NCBI GenBank assembly: GCA_951406725.2
Contig: OX597814.1
Coordinates: forward strand, 1,798,001-1,862,000
Direction: 5' to 3'
DNA length: 64,000 nucleotides
From: Octopus vulgaris
Taxonomy: Eukaryota
Shown here: piece after piece, positions 51,877 through 64,000 of the stretch
Layout: the number at the start of each line of letters is the position of its first letter
How positions within the stretch are numbered: position 1 is the first letter of the stretch
Made by a program: the position numbers and the translations under genes
The notes under the pieces: generated by a model
The model's input: only the letters and a program-made list of their open reading frames with translations
Database searches by the model: none
What the model was told of the DNA's origin: nothing

Positions 51877-52977
51877 CATTATTATTATTATTATTATTAT
51901 TCATGCACTTACTCCCGTCCTTAATGCCATTGCGTTTTAATAACTTAAGGGATTCCCTCAATATACTTATAACCTTGTTATAATAAGGGCCTTGCTAAAC
52001 GATGATTACTGTTAGCCGGACGGCTTGAATCAGTCACGTGGACGCTGCAAGTTTCATTTTGTTTCCTAAGTGGTTGGCTCTGTTTTTCTTCTTTTTTTGT
52101 TTTTTTCATATGTAAGGTGATAGCTAAGAAATTAACTCTGCCTAAGTTTCTATCACCAAATTTAATCAACGGATAAAATTCAATGATATCAGAGTGAGTT
52201 ATTAATGAACATCCTAATTATTAATACTATTACACCAACAGAATACCGCCGTCCCCTTCAGAAAACCTGTTATTCCGTACTGATAGATCGCTGGTTCTTT
52301 GATTTATAAGTATATTACCGCATAAGATGCTATAATGCAGCATATCTACCAAGCTTTTTGCTTGGATTTATAAACATACAAGATCTGTTATTAAGATAAT
52401 TTTACGTGTGATCCTTAAATGTGATATAAGTTATTTGTAAAGTTAAACATTCCTGGCTGCATCTATGTCTAACTTTGTACTGATTTGATTATCTTAGTAA
52501 ATTAATGGAATTGTACACAGTATCAGTAGTCTCTTGTAAGCAACGGTAATACTGTTAGATTAAGAACTCTTACAAGTGTCTTTTAATTAAAGCAAAAATT
52601 TAGATTCTGTCTGAGGGGAGGAAAATTTTCTGGGAATGCTGAAAAGTTTTAAAAATATAATTTCTATTTGTGTCTGACCGCTTGTCTGTCTGCCTGTCTG
52701 TCTGTCTGTCTGTCTTTCTATCTGTCTGTCTGTCTCTCGCTCACTTTCTCTCTGTTTCGCTGTCTCTCTCTCTCTCTCTCTATATATATATAAATTTATA
52801 AACACATGTACACGTAGATATTCATATATATACTTACACACATACATATATATAGGTACATACATACGTACATATATACGTACATACATACGTACATATA
52901 TACGTACATGATATATACATATATACATACATACACACATACATATATATATATATATATACATACACACACATATT

Positions 52978-53120
52978 CGAGGTCTGATCAATAAGTATCT
53001 GGATTGTTGCCATAGTAACGAAGCTAAAGCACACAGAGTGAAGCCGCTGGGCAAAAGTTGACCTTCAACTGTGCTGTGAATGTACAAAAAGTTTTAATTT
53101 TCTAGCGCACTCCTGCTGTT
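52978..53120 (+). mobile_element. mariner-like terminal fragment
   Basis: Starts cgaggtctgatcaataagtat, a mariner-type TIR start; no partner TIR found. Confidence 0.45.
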
Positions 53121-53458
53121 TACAAAGGAATAATAAATTTGTACTCTACAAAAGTACAGTGTAACCCATCAGATAAATGTAAGATTGTTATTATACAACT
53201 GAACATAAAATAAACAGGAATTTTTATATATATAAAATGCATACATAAGTATACATATACATATGTACACATACATATACATACATATATATATGTATAC
53301 ATATACATACATATATATATGTATACATATACATACATATATATATGTATACATATACATACATATATATATGTATACATATACATATATATACATATAT
53401 ATACACATATATATACTCACACATACACACACAAACACGCACACACATATATATAGTA

Positions 53459-53603
53459 TGGTAAGTAGCTTGCTTACCAACCACATGGTTCCGGGTTCAG
53501 TCCCACTGCGTGGCACCTTGGGCAAGTGTCTTCTACTTAAGCCTCCAGCCGACCAAAGCCTTGTGAGTAGATTTGGTAGACGGAAACTGAAAGAAGTCCG
53601 TCG

Positions 53604-53672
<69 letters not shown>

Positions 53673-53878
53673 TTGAAAGTCTGTGTTTGTCCCCCGTTAC
53701 ATCGCTTGACATCCGATGCTGGTGTGTTTACGTCCCCGTAACTTAGCAGTTCGGCCAAAACGACTGATAGAATAAGTACTAGGTTACAAGGAACCGGTCC
53801 TGGGGTCGATTTGTCCGACTAAAGGCAGTGCTGCAGCATGGCCGCAGTCAAATGACCGAAACGAGTAAAAGAATAAAG
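53459..53878 (+). mobile_element. SINE-A
   Basis: Head, (TA)n(TG)n, tail. Confidence 0.9.
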
Positions 53879-53897
53879 GAATATATATATATAGAAA

Positions 53898-54013
53898 TAC
53901 ATGCATAAGTATACATATATACACACATACATATGCATACATACATATATTTATGTATACATATACATACATATATATATTAAATATATACATATACATA
54001 TATATATATGTAT

Positions 54014-54049
<36 letters not shown>

Positions 54050-54171
54050 GTGTGTGTTATACATATATATATATATATATTTATGTATATACATATATGT
54101 ATGTATATGTATACATAAATATATGTAAGTATGCATATGTATGTGTGTATATATGTATACTTATGCATGTA
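53898..54171. repeat. Inverted duplication of low-complexity sequence (~75-bp arms)
   Basis: tacatgcataagtatacatatatacacacatacatatgcatac.. / ..gtatgcatatgtatgtgtgtatatatgtatacttatgcatgta. Confidence 0.8.
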
Positions 54172-54239
54172 TATACTTATGCAAAAAAGTTAAAATATTT
54201 ATGTATATATATATATATATATATATACATATATATTTT

Positions 54240-54442
54240 AACTTTTTTGAACTTTCTGTTTTTTCTTAATCTGTTTCCAAAAGCTTTTTTATTCTCTGTT
54301 TATTTACTTGTGTTCCTTTCTGTCGAAGAGCGTAGGCTCGAAACGTAAAAGACTTTCTCACTTTCCCTAGCGTCAAACTAATACACCTGTTTGTTGTTTA
54401 CACACCTGTCTCCGTCTTTTGTTTTTCCGTAAATTTCAACTA
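54240..54442 (+). mobile_element. Family H hammerhead-bearing repeat (best-preserved motif)
   Basis: cttt-CTGTCGA-a-gagc-gtag-gctc-GAAA-cg-TA-aaag at 54316-54351. Confidence 0.8.
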
Positions 54443-55534
54443 GAAAATAGTGGCACAACAAGGTACCAATTTTTGCTGGAAATAACCATTCGATGCAAAA
54501 TAAAGCTTCACTGAATACATAGAGGCAAAGATGTGTGCGGGCGGCGAAAAGAAACATTTATTATCTTACCTCTAGGAAGAACACCCGAGAAATGGACAAC
54601 CTAATACTCGAGTTACGAACTTCTTGGACTACGTTTGTTATCGGGAAAATAGTTGGTTCTCGTCAGTTAGGTTTACCATAACAGACTAAATTTAAAATAC
54701 CCGCTACATTAAAGCCAGTATACTCAGCCAATGGCCCCAGCTATAAACAAAACCGAGATCAGTGAATAAGTTTGTATAAAAGATATAGATAATAATATTA
54801 TTTTCCAGTGAAATAGAGTACTATTTCCTATTTATAATTCTATCTTTTCTGTGCTCACCTTTACGGTAAGCAGTCCTGTTTTATACCTGAATGGTCAAGG
54901 TGACTATTCAGTCCATTGTAGATCTGCATGCTTTGGAGACTAGGTGACAGGCAAAAGTTATACCTCAACGCTTCCAGGTGGTTAGGTTTGCAAACATAGT
55001 CATTCTTTTATCGCCACAGGACCTTCTGTAGTTCAAATAACAAATGAGAACAGCATAAAGGGGCTTGTGTACCTCATTGGATTATCGTGGTAAACTCTTG
55101 TACCATACCAAAGTGTATCGCTCATTGGGTGTCCGTGATTAGAACTTAGTGACAGGCTGCAGCGAGATGAACCAGTGTCCCATCGGATGTAGTTTAATGT
55201 TATACGCATTATAACCAGAACACACACACACATACACACGCACACACACACACATACACACTCACAAATAGCCTGGCTATTCGGGTAAGAAGTCGTTCTG
55301 GAGCCCTGTTTCGACTTCACTTATATCTCATCAATGACTCTGGTGGACAGTAATGTGGAAAACCGGTGTGTATGTATGTATGTATGTATGTATGTATGTA
55401 TGTATGTATGTATGTATGTATGTATATATATCTGCTAAATATATATAATTAAGATTCAGTTGAATTAGGTACTTGAATTGCGGTACCTTGCCAGTTCGGT
55501 ATAGTCTGCACAGCTCCAAGTTAGTTGAACAGAG

Positions 55535-55929
55535 TGTAAATAAGTAAGAAGGATGTCCAGGTATAAATACATTACGGCCGTTTCGAGGGGCTCCATGTAA
55601 TGTTTTCGATCAACGAAAACATTACATTAATTTGAAAGAAACCGCTCTTCTCACTACGCGATGACCATATAGATTTCCAACATGAAGGACAAACCATTTA
55701 AAACATATTTAAACCAATACTGCCACAAATAAAACATAAGGAAGTAATATAATTATTTTGGTTTTGGTATTGATATAAATTTGTTAAAAATTATTTATCC
55801 TTTTTGTTGGAAATTTATATGGTCATCTACAACTGATAAGAGCGGTTTCTTTCAAATTGATGTAATATTTTCATTGATCGAAACGGCTGTAATATATTGG
55901 TACCTGGACATCCTTGTTACTTATTTACA
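55535..55929. repeat. Fold-back element (~170-bp imperfect arms)
   Basis: tgtaaataagtaagaaggatgtccaggta..tacggccgtttcg / cGAAACGGCTGTA..tacctggacatccttgttacttatttaca. Confidence 0.88.
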
Positions 55930-55934
55930 TTATA

Positions 55935-56484
55935 TGAGGGTGAGTCAAAAGGTAATGCCATTTTGTTTAAAACAGGTATAATTACCAACACAGGAACATG
56001 TATCATACATCAAAACGAAGCTGGTCCTCTGTGGATCACATTCCTACTTCTCAACATAGTCACCGTTTCTCTCAATAGCAATGTTCCACCTTCGAAAGAC
56101 AGCATTTATCCCCTGCCCCGTAAAATTCTGTTGACTGTTCTTTGAGTCACTTCTTCACTACAGTTTTCACTTCTTCGTCACTGGACTATCATCTCTTCAG
56201 CCCCATGAAAAAGGGTTTGAGAGGCAAACATTATTCCAGTGATGAGGAAGTGAAAACTGTAGTGAAGAAGTGGCTCAAAGAACGGTCAACAGAATTTTAT
56301 GGGGCAGAGATACATGCTCTCATTCAAAGGTGGAACATTGCTATTGAGAGAAACGGTGACTATTTTGAGAAGTAGGGATGTGATCCACAGAGGACCAGCT
56401 TCATTTTCATGTATGATACATGTTCCTGTTTTGGTAATTATACCTGTCTTAAACAAAATGGCATTACTTTTTGACTCACCCTCG
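55935..56484. mobile_element. mariner-derived palindromic MITE (second copy)
   Basis: Same structure and spacer as 33437-33991; TA-flanked. Confidence 0.93.
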
Positions 56485-56519
56485 TATATAATACATATGT
56501 GTATGCATAATACATACAA

Positions 56520-56553
<34 letters not shown>

Positions 56554-56558
<5 letters not shown>

Positions 56559-56625
56559 TACTGAACGTTTCACCTATGTGTACTTATCGTGCTAAGTATA
56601 TGTAGGTGAAACGTTCAGTAATATT
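56554..56625. repeat. Fold-back hairpin (23-bp perfect arms)
   Basis: aatattactgaacgtttcaccta / taggtGAAACGTTcagtaatatt. Confidence 0.92.
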
Positions 56626-56680
56626 GAACTTTCATTGGTTGGATTATTCTTCGTATTGACATTTGCGCAGTTAATTTCTT

Positions 56681-56738
<58 letters not shown>

Positions 56739-56851
56739 CTACATAAATAATATTTTCATAATCAAACCCGAAAGGCTTTGCGAGTTGCGGAGAAAAAGCT
56801 ACTATGGAAGGCTCATTGTATAATAACTGTACAATAACTATATATAATATC

Positions 56852-56998
56852 TATCATAATGATATTTATTTTCCGCCGATTTTAAACAAATAACCTCAGG
56901 ATGAATCGAACTCACAAATCGATGCTTTCATGGCTCCTCGTGAATCTGCGGTCATTTGTTTATGTTTAAAAAATCGGAGAATAAATATCATTATGATA
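56852..56998. repeat. Short inverted-repeat element
   Basis: tatcataatgatatttatt..ccg / cggagaataaatatcattatgata. Confidence 0.75.
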
Positions 56999-57099
56999 TA
57001 TTTTATATACAGTTATATATATATATATATATATATATACAGCTATATATATATACATATATATATATGCATATATTTATATGTATATATACATGTATG

Positions 57100-57155
<56 letters not shown>

Positions 57156-57309
57156 CAAATATGCACACACATAGACACACACATCGATGCGTGTCCATGC
57201 ATGGCTATTTATCTGATTTCTACAAATGCACTTCTTAAACTTTAAATACACCAACACTTCATCTGTTTATCTGCATGCCGGAACAAGCACGTACACATAT
57301 ACGCACACA

Positions 57310-57344
<35 letters not shown>

Positions 57345-57436
57345 GCGCGCACGCACACACACATGTATATACATACGTGTAGATAATATATGATATACAA
57401 TATATAATATATAATTATATATGTATATATATGTGA

Positions 57437-57752
57437 GGGCGCGTGGCTTAGTGGTTAGGGCATTCGGCTCATGATCGTAAGGTTGTGAGTTCGATTCCCG
57501 GCGACGCGTTGTGTCCTTGAGCAAGACACTTTATTTCACGTTGCTCCAGTCAACTCAGCTGGCAAAAATGAGTTGTACTTGTATTTCAAAGGGTCAGCCT
57601 TGTCACTCTCTGTGTCACGCTGATTATCCCCGAGAACTACGTTAAGGGTACACGTGTCTGTGGAATGCTCAGCCATTTGCACGTTAATTTCACGAGCAAG
57701 CTGTTCCGTTGATCGTATCAGCTGGGACCCTCGTCGTCGTAACCGGCGGAGT
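57437..57752 (+). mobile_element. SINE-C
   Basis: Best-preserved C copy with A/B boxes. Confidence 0.92.
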
Positions 57753-58951
57753 CTTTTTTAAGATGTATATATATACTGTAGTGCACCTCAACACTGTACA
57801 CGACAATTTATTTTTTTCATATTTCATATATATATACATTGCACACATATATATATATGCAACAAGCACTATAATCATTCGCTTATGTATGTCTATTTAT
57901 AAATATGTTTTAAATATACGTTTGTATAGCTATAGTTATTTATATACACTCCTCACACACACACACAACTACACACAAACACACAAACACAAACATGCAT
58001 CGACAAACACATGCAAGTACTGACAGGCACCCAGGCACATCCAGATATTGATACCACCCCTCATTCTCAATATACATAACTAACAAAACTGAATATGTGT
58101 GTGTGTGTATGTATCTCTTTAGCTACGTATGTATATGTTCGTAAGTGTGTATGTGCGCGCTAAGTGCCTGTATGCATGTGCGTGTGTGTGTGTCTATGTG
58201 TCCGTGTGTATATTTATCTTTCTGAAAGCTATCACCGTTTTAGATCATGAAACTGAATCGAGCCAAAACAGAGCCAGCATACTGATGAAGACAGTTGATA
58301 AGATGTGTTAGCATGTAAACAGAGAGCTTTAGTAAAGTAATAGAAACAACGTCGCTAGGTAAACAAGTTGTACACAGTTTCACAGCGAAACCCTTCACCC
58401 CTACCTTGCCGAGATGTGGGCCAGACTGCTGGCTTCACTCCTTATCTCTTGCTCCATATCTTCTTAGCACCCACCCACCCGATATATCTCTGAATTGGAC
58501 ACAGACATTGTCTCGCTCTAGAATTCGTCGTAATTATTGTCTTTCACACCATTTCGACACCACCACCACCACCACCACAACCACCGCCGCGCCGTACCGC
58601 AGCACGGCGCAACACACCACACCGAATCGCACCGCCTACTAATATTTCCTCTCTGTCCCGGGTACACAGTGTTTTATCCCCCTGGGTTGCAACAGAGATA
58701 AATATTCCGTTACTAAATGCACTTTATACTTTTCTTATCTATCATTCCAGGATCGAGTCCATACCAATTCCCTCTTGTGAATTCAGCACCAAAAACCTCC
58801 AACAAACAGAGATGGAAGTGATACGAGAGTGAATGCATGTCCCACTGACGTTAGTTCAGATCAAACATGGCGTAGGTGCTACAACAGACCTCATATGAAC
58901 GTATGATATGTTTGGATATTGGAATTATCAAAACGTTTATCCAATAGTCAG

Positions 58952-59095
58952 AGGCGGAGTTGTTTGGTCAAGTATCTTGCTTGCTAACAATGTGGTCTCG
59001 GGTTCAATCCTACTGTGTGGCACTTTCGGCAAGTGTCTTCTAATTCTATTATAGTCCAGGTCTTATGATCTTGGTAGTCGGACACTGGAAAAAGC
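58952..59095 (+). mobile_element. SINE-A head, degenerate
   Basis: gggttcaatcctactgtgtggcactttcggcaagtgtcttc. Confidence 0.7.
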
Positions 59096-59120
59096 TCCAC
59101 ACACACATATATGTATGTAC

Positions 59121-59385
<265 letters not shown>

Positions 59386-59479
59386 ATATATATATAGACA
59401 CAGACATGCAGGAACTAAATAGACACCTTTAGTGTTTCAAAATCTTTTATTTGATATTAATTGGTTGAAGGAGAGGTTT

Positions 59480-59831
59480 TCTTCTAGCTACTTGTCCATG
59501 ATACCCAAGTTTGTGCAGATATGTAACTCACGTTCTTGGTCTAACTTCTAGCTGTTTTGCAATGTCAGAAGCCTTCGAACGGAAGTTCGTTTTCCACAAT
59601 TCTCTTCAAACTCCGAAGCTTCCTTTCCGTGGGCCCAGGTCGGCCGGGACGAGAATCTGTTGATTCTTTTCCTTGGTTTTAGAGTTGCACCATAATTCTA
59701 TTAACAGTAGCAAGAACAAATTGAAGATTTACGGCAATTTTTCGCTGGCAAAGACCAGCCTCAGATTGCCCAACAATACGAACTCTTTGAAAATCTGACA
59801 GTTCTGGTGATTTTATTTTTGTGCGTGGCAT
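59480..59831 (-). pseudogene. Tc1-like transposase N-terminal (HTH) fragment
   Basis: [37 protein letters not shown]. Confidence 0.75.
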
Positions 59832-60015
59832 GGTTATTCTTCGCAGATATTTAATATAATGACACCTGTAATGAAAAAGAATAACTACATGGTAAATTCT
59901 ACACCGTTGAAAGCATATCAGGAGGCTCATATCAGAAATTTTGAAAATTAAAAGTGTCTATTTACTTGCTGCATGTCTGTGTACGTATGTACGTGTGCAT
60001 GTATACACACACATA

Positions 60016-60054
<39 letters not shown>

Positions 60055-60765
60055 GTAAAAAGTAAAAAAAATATATATACAAACTGGGACAAGAAAGTGA
60101 AACACCTAGGAGACGTCACAAGAACCACAGGACGGGGACGGGACATTCGAAGCCCTCAGTCATCAGTCAAGAACCAGATCATCTTCGCAATCTGTTTGTC
60201 TGTATGCATACACAGACACATGCACACGCACACACATACACATACACACACACGTCTGTCAGTATGCACACATACATATACACACGCACACGCACACAAA
60301 CACAAATTCAGAATAAAGGGTATTAAATTTAGAAATGTGAACCCGAGGCTTCAAAGGCCCACAGCTTTTCGATATTCTACTGAAAAACTTTAGAGATCTA
60401 TCATACACTGGATTTAGACGCCTTCAAACTGAATCTGGATCTTCTAACGTCCAGAACACTAAAGGAGCCGATTTCACGGCAAGACACGCAAGTGAGGGCA
60501 GCAACTTCGAACCTCTTCTTTCGCTTATGCAGCAGGATGAGCAAACTTGTAGTAACACCGAGGGCGGTACCTCAGCATAACTATAGCTTACAGGCCATAG
60601 AAACAGCATAAATACCGGGACCCTTGTTCTGGAAACTCTCAGAATTCATCCGGCCATTCCTGGTACATTGCCATCGTTTTGGTGATATAGACATTGTTCA
60701 TACCAATTCCCAAATCACACACTGTTGTTGACTTTGAGATTGCTGAATAATTTCTTTCAAAGACA

Positions 60766-61180
60766 GTGTGCTGGCAGAAACGTTAGCATGCCGGGCGAAA
60801 TGCTTAGCGGTATTTCGTCTGTCTTTACGTTCTGAGTTCAAATTCCGCCGAGGTGGACATTGCTTTTCATCCTTTCGGGAGTCGATAAATTAAGTACCAG
60901 TTGCGTACTGGGGTGGATCTATTCGACTGGCACCCTCACCCACCATATATGTATATATATATTTCTTTATTGCCCACAAGGGGCTAAACATAGAGGGGAC
61001 AAACAAGGACAGACAAAGGGATTAAGTCGATTACATCGACCCCAGTGCGAAACTGGTACTTTATTTATCGACCCCGAAAGGATGAAAGGTAAAGTCGACC
61101 TCGGCGGAATTTGAATTCAGAACGTAACGACAGACGAAATACCGCTAAGCATTTCGCCCGGCGCGCTAACGAGCCTGCCA
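60766..61180. mobile_element. Two SINE-B copies tail-to-tail (60766-60935 +, 60962-61180 -)
   Basis: Inverted pair separated by a short (TA)n. Confidence 0.88.
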
Positions 61181-61214
61181 ACGCTGCCAACGCCATACAT
61201 GTATATATGTATGT

Positions 61215-61432
61215 GTGTGTGTGTATATGTTTGTGTGTCTGTGTTTGGCCCCCCCACCATCGCTTGATAACTGTTGGTGGAGTGTTTACGTGCTCGTAAC
61301 TTAGCAGTTCGGCAAAAGATAACGATAGAATAAGTACTAGGCTGACAAAGAATAAGTCATGGGAGCGATTTCTTCGACTAAAATCGATGGTCCAGCTTGG
61401 CGGCAGTCAAATAACTGCTGCAAGTAAAAGAA
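61215..61432 (+). mobile_element. SINE-A 3' half
   Basis: Tail homology. Confidence 0.8.
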
Positions 61433-61606
61433 TATAAATATATATATATATATATATATATTCTTCTACTTGTTTCACTTATTTGACTGTCGCCATGCTG
61501 GAGCACCACATGTAAAGGATGAAAACATTTTAGGGCAGAAATGCATTCATCTTATATATGCTGTTCTATCAGTATTTATGCGTTGAAAAATATATCTTTC
61601 TATTTG

Positions 61607-61638
<32 letters not shown>

Positions 61639-61648
61639 CCTCATGACA

Positions 61649-61768
<120 letters not shown>

Positions 61769-61769
61769 T

Positions 61770-61813
<44 letters not shown>

Positions 61814-61995
61814 GTGTGTATGTGTGTGTATATATATATGTATATATATACATGTGTATATATATGTACGATTTATATGTATACATATACATATGTCTTC
61901 TTTATGCAGTATATATTTATAAATGCATATATTAAATTGCAAATACGTATGTGTTTATACATGTATGTATGCACACACACACACATATATGCATG

Positions 61996-62060
<65 letters not shown>

Positions 62061-62652
62061 GTATAAATATATGTATATATATATGTGTGTATTATGTATA
62101 TATACATATATGTATATATATATACTCATCAGTATAGATACAAATATAAGTATATATTATGCAATTATATATATACATACAGAGAGAAAGAGAGAAAGAG
62201 AGAGGGAGAGAGAGGAGGGAGGGGTAAAGAATTAATAGAATCGAGAGAGTGAAAGATTTACTGTTAGGTAAAAGAATGTTTATTCAGCTTGGTTTGTTTT
62301 TAAAAACTGGTAAAAAATGAATTCTTTAAGGAAACCCCATATTTATACACCCACCCTTCTTCCCGTACCTCAATATGCTCAAGGTCCACCCGTATTGAAA
62401 CGTATCAGCCATAGATGAACAGAGAGATAAGATATGAACCTAATATATAATAAACGAATAACATTCCCCTTCAGGTGACTCATATTTTATATAAATATGT
62501 ACGTATATATGTATATATATGTAGATAGAATATGTATATATATATGTTGATATATATATATATGTTGATATATATATATATATATATATTTAAATAATGG
62601 GGGAGATAAATTAATATAGCATACGGCCGACTACCTAGCAGTCTTGCCCTGT

Positions 62653-62688
<36 letters not shown>

Positions 62689-62724
62689 ATATACATTCAT
62701 ACATATATATGTTTTTATATATGG

Positions 62725-62862
62725 TTTCAGCTCACGAGATGTGGCCATGCTGGGGCATCGCCATTAAATAGTCGATTTCGGCGGAATTTGAACTCAGAAC
62801 GTAAAGACAGACGAAATACTGCTGAGCAGTTCGACCGGCGCGCTAACGATTCTGCCAGCTCG
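62725..62862 (-). mobile_element. SINE-B head fused to a SINE-A-like tail
   Basis: B head 62777-62862 joined to ggcgatgccccagcatggcc tail on the minus strand. Confidence 0.65.
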
Positions 62863-62864
62863 AC

Positions 62865-62901
<37 letters not shown>

Positions 62902-64000
62902 TCACACACATATATATATATATTTACTCCGTTAACGAGAGAGACAGAAAATGGAAGATACCAGAATTTTTATCAATCACTACAATTGTTTCGACCCATC
63001 AAGCATCGATCCTTCACGTATGAAATACTTAAGTCTCTCTCTTTAACCAAATACGTAACGACCACTGTGAAATCGAACCTGCTTTCAATACTATCAGGGA
63101 TATACCATACGCTTTATTATATAAGGGTCGTTCTTTATGTTACTTGTATTTTTTTCCATTTGTTTTTCTCGTTGTTCGCAAATCCAAGTCTGCCTTCGTA
63201 TTTCATGTTGTTTACGTTTTCAGACGTCCTGCACCCATATATGCATATATATACATGCATATATATGTAAGTATGTACATGTATGTATGTATGTATGTAT
63301 GTATGCATATATCTGTATGCATATATTATTTAAATTATTATATGATTGAATGCCCCGCATCCATTTCCAAGTAAGTTTATCTGATACATACACACACACA
63401 CATATATATACGTGTGTGTGTGGTGTTATGTGTATGTGTGTGTGTGTGTGTGGTGTGTATGTGTGTGTTTATGTATCTTATAGTAATATTGCTCGAAACT
63501 ACGAGCAAACATAATGAAATAGTTAGAAACAACTCAGCAATACATATGAACTCTATATATGCCGTGACGTCAGCACATATGTAGAAAGGGAAAAATTGCA
63601 CAAAATCTTACACAAACAGCGAAAATGGCAGAAAATGATGAACCATTTTGAAGAGCCTAAATGAAAGTAAGTTAGAACTGTAGTACCTAAATGAAAGCTA
63701 GAACTGTTCATTGCCTAAATGAAAGTAAGAAGTGCAATGTTTTTTGTGTATTTTTAAAAGCATTTCATAAGAGGTTTTCTTGAGCCATTCTAAGTTTATG
63801 ACGCCTATATTTTAAGTTTTTATTTCTATTCAAAAAATTTGCATTTGTGCCACAACTCCTTGTCTGTGGACTAATTTGAAACGCGAACTACTAAATGATA
63901 TAAAGTAGTGCTATGTTCGGCGGAAGAATCATTGAAGACAGCCGTGATTCAAAACAAAAGTATTACTTATCATGTTTGTTGCAACTTTCATGGTAATTGT

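Noticed and set aside
60075-60195. CTGATGA on the minus strand as a hammerhead
   Set aside because: Followed by GAAT rather than GAAA and no clear stems.
60418-60580. Possible terminal exon (RLQTESGSS...GGTSA*)
   Set aside because: Weak acceptor, several frames open, no recognisable protein; needs RNA evidence.
62975-63010. GAAAC-AATT-GTA half-hammerhead on the minus strand
   Set aside because: No fold-back partner or CUGANGA found, so it was not counted with the others.

Overview
Eukaryotic, AT-rich, repeat-saturated window with no protein-coding host gene I can support. It is most likely intronic or intergenic DNA of an octopus or other coleoid cephalopod (inferred from the microsatellite density and SINE repertoire). 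Nearly all ORFs in the track are microsatellite read-through or SINE frames. Content: about 40 copies or fragments of tRNA-derived SINE families (ad hoc labels A-D, F) and a non-coding (AAT)n-associated element (E). Retroelement fossils include R4/Dong-like RLE fragments, a Tx1/L1-clade 3' fragment in (ATCT)n, a CR1-group 3' end and a Penelope-like RT. DNA transposons include a DD37D (maT) element, Tc1/mariner/pogo MITEs, a non-autonomous Helitron and a Helitron helicase fossil. The most interesting signal is a set of minimal hammerhead-ribozyme-like motifs, some with variant cores (U3-A8 covariation, U6), plus five unrelated fold-back elements that carry the hammerhead GAAAC-palindrome-GUH half. 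Together these suggest a Penelope-driven family of ribozyme mini-elements. Different retroelement classes also appear to partition among different microsatellite targets. All coordinates and alignments were read by eye and are approximate to a few bases.
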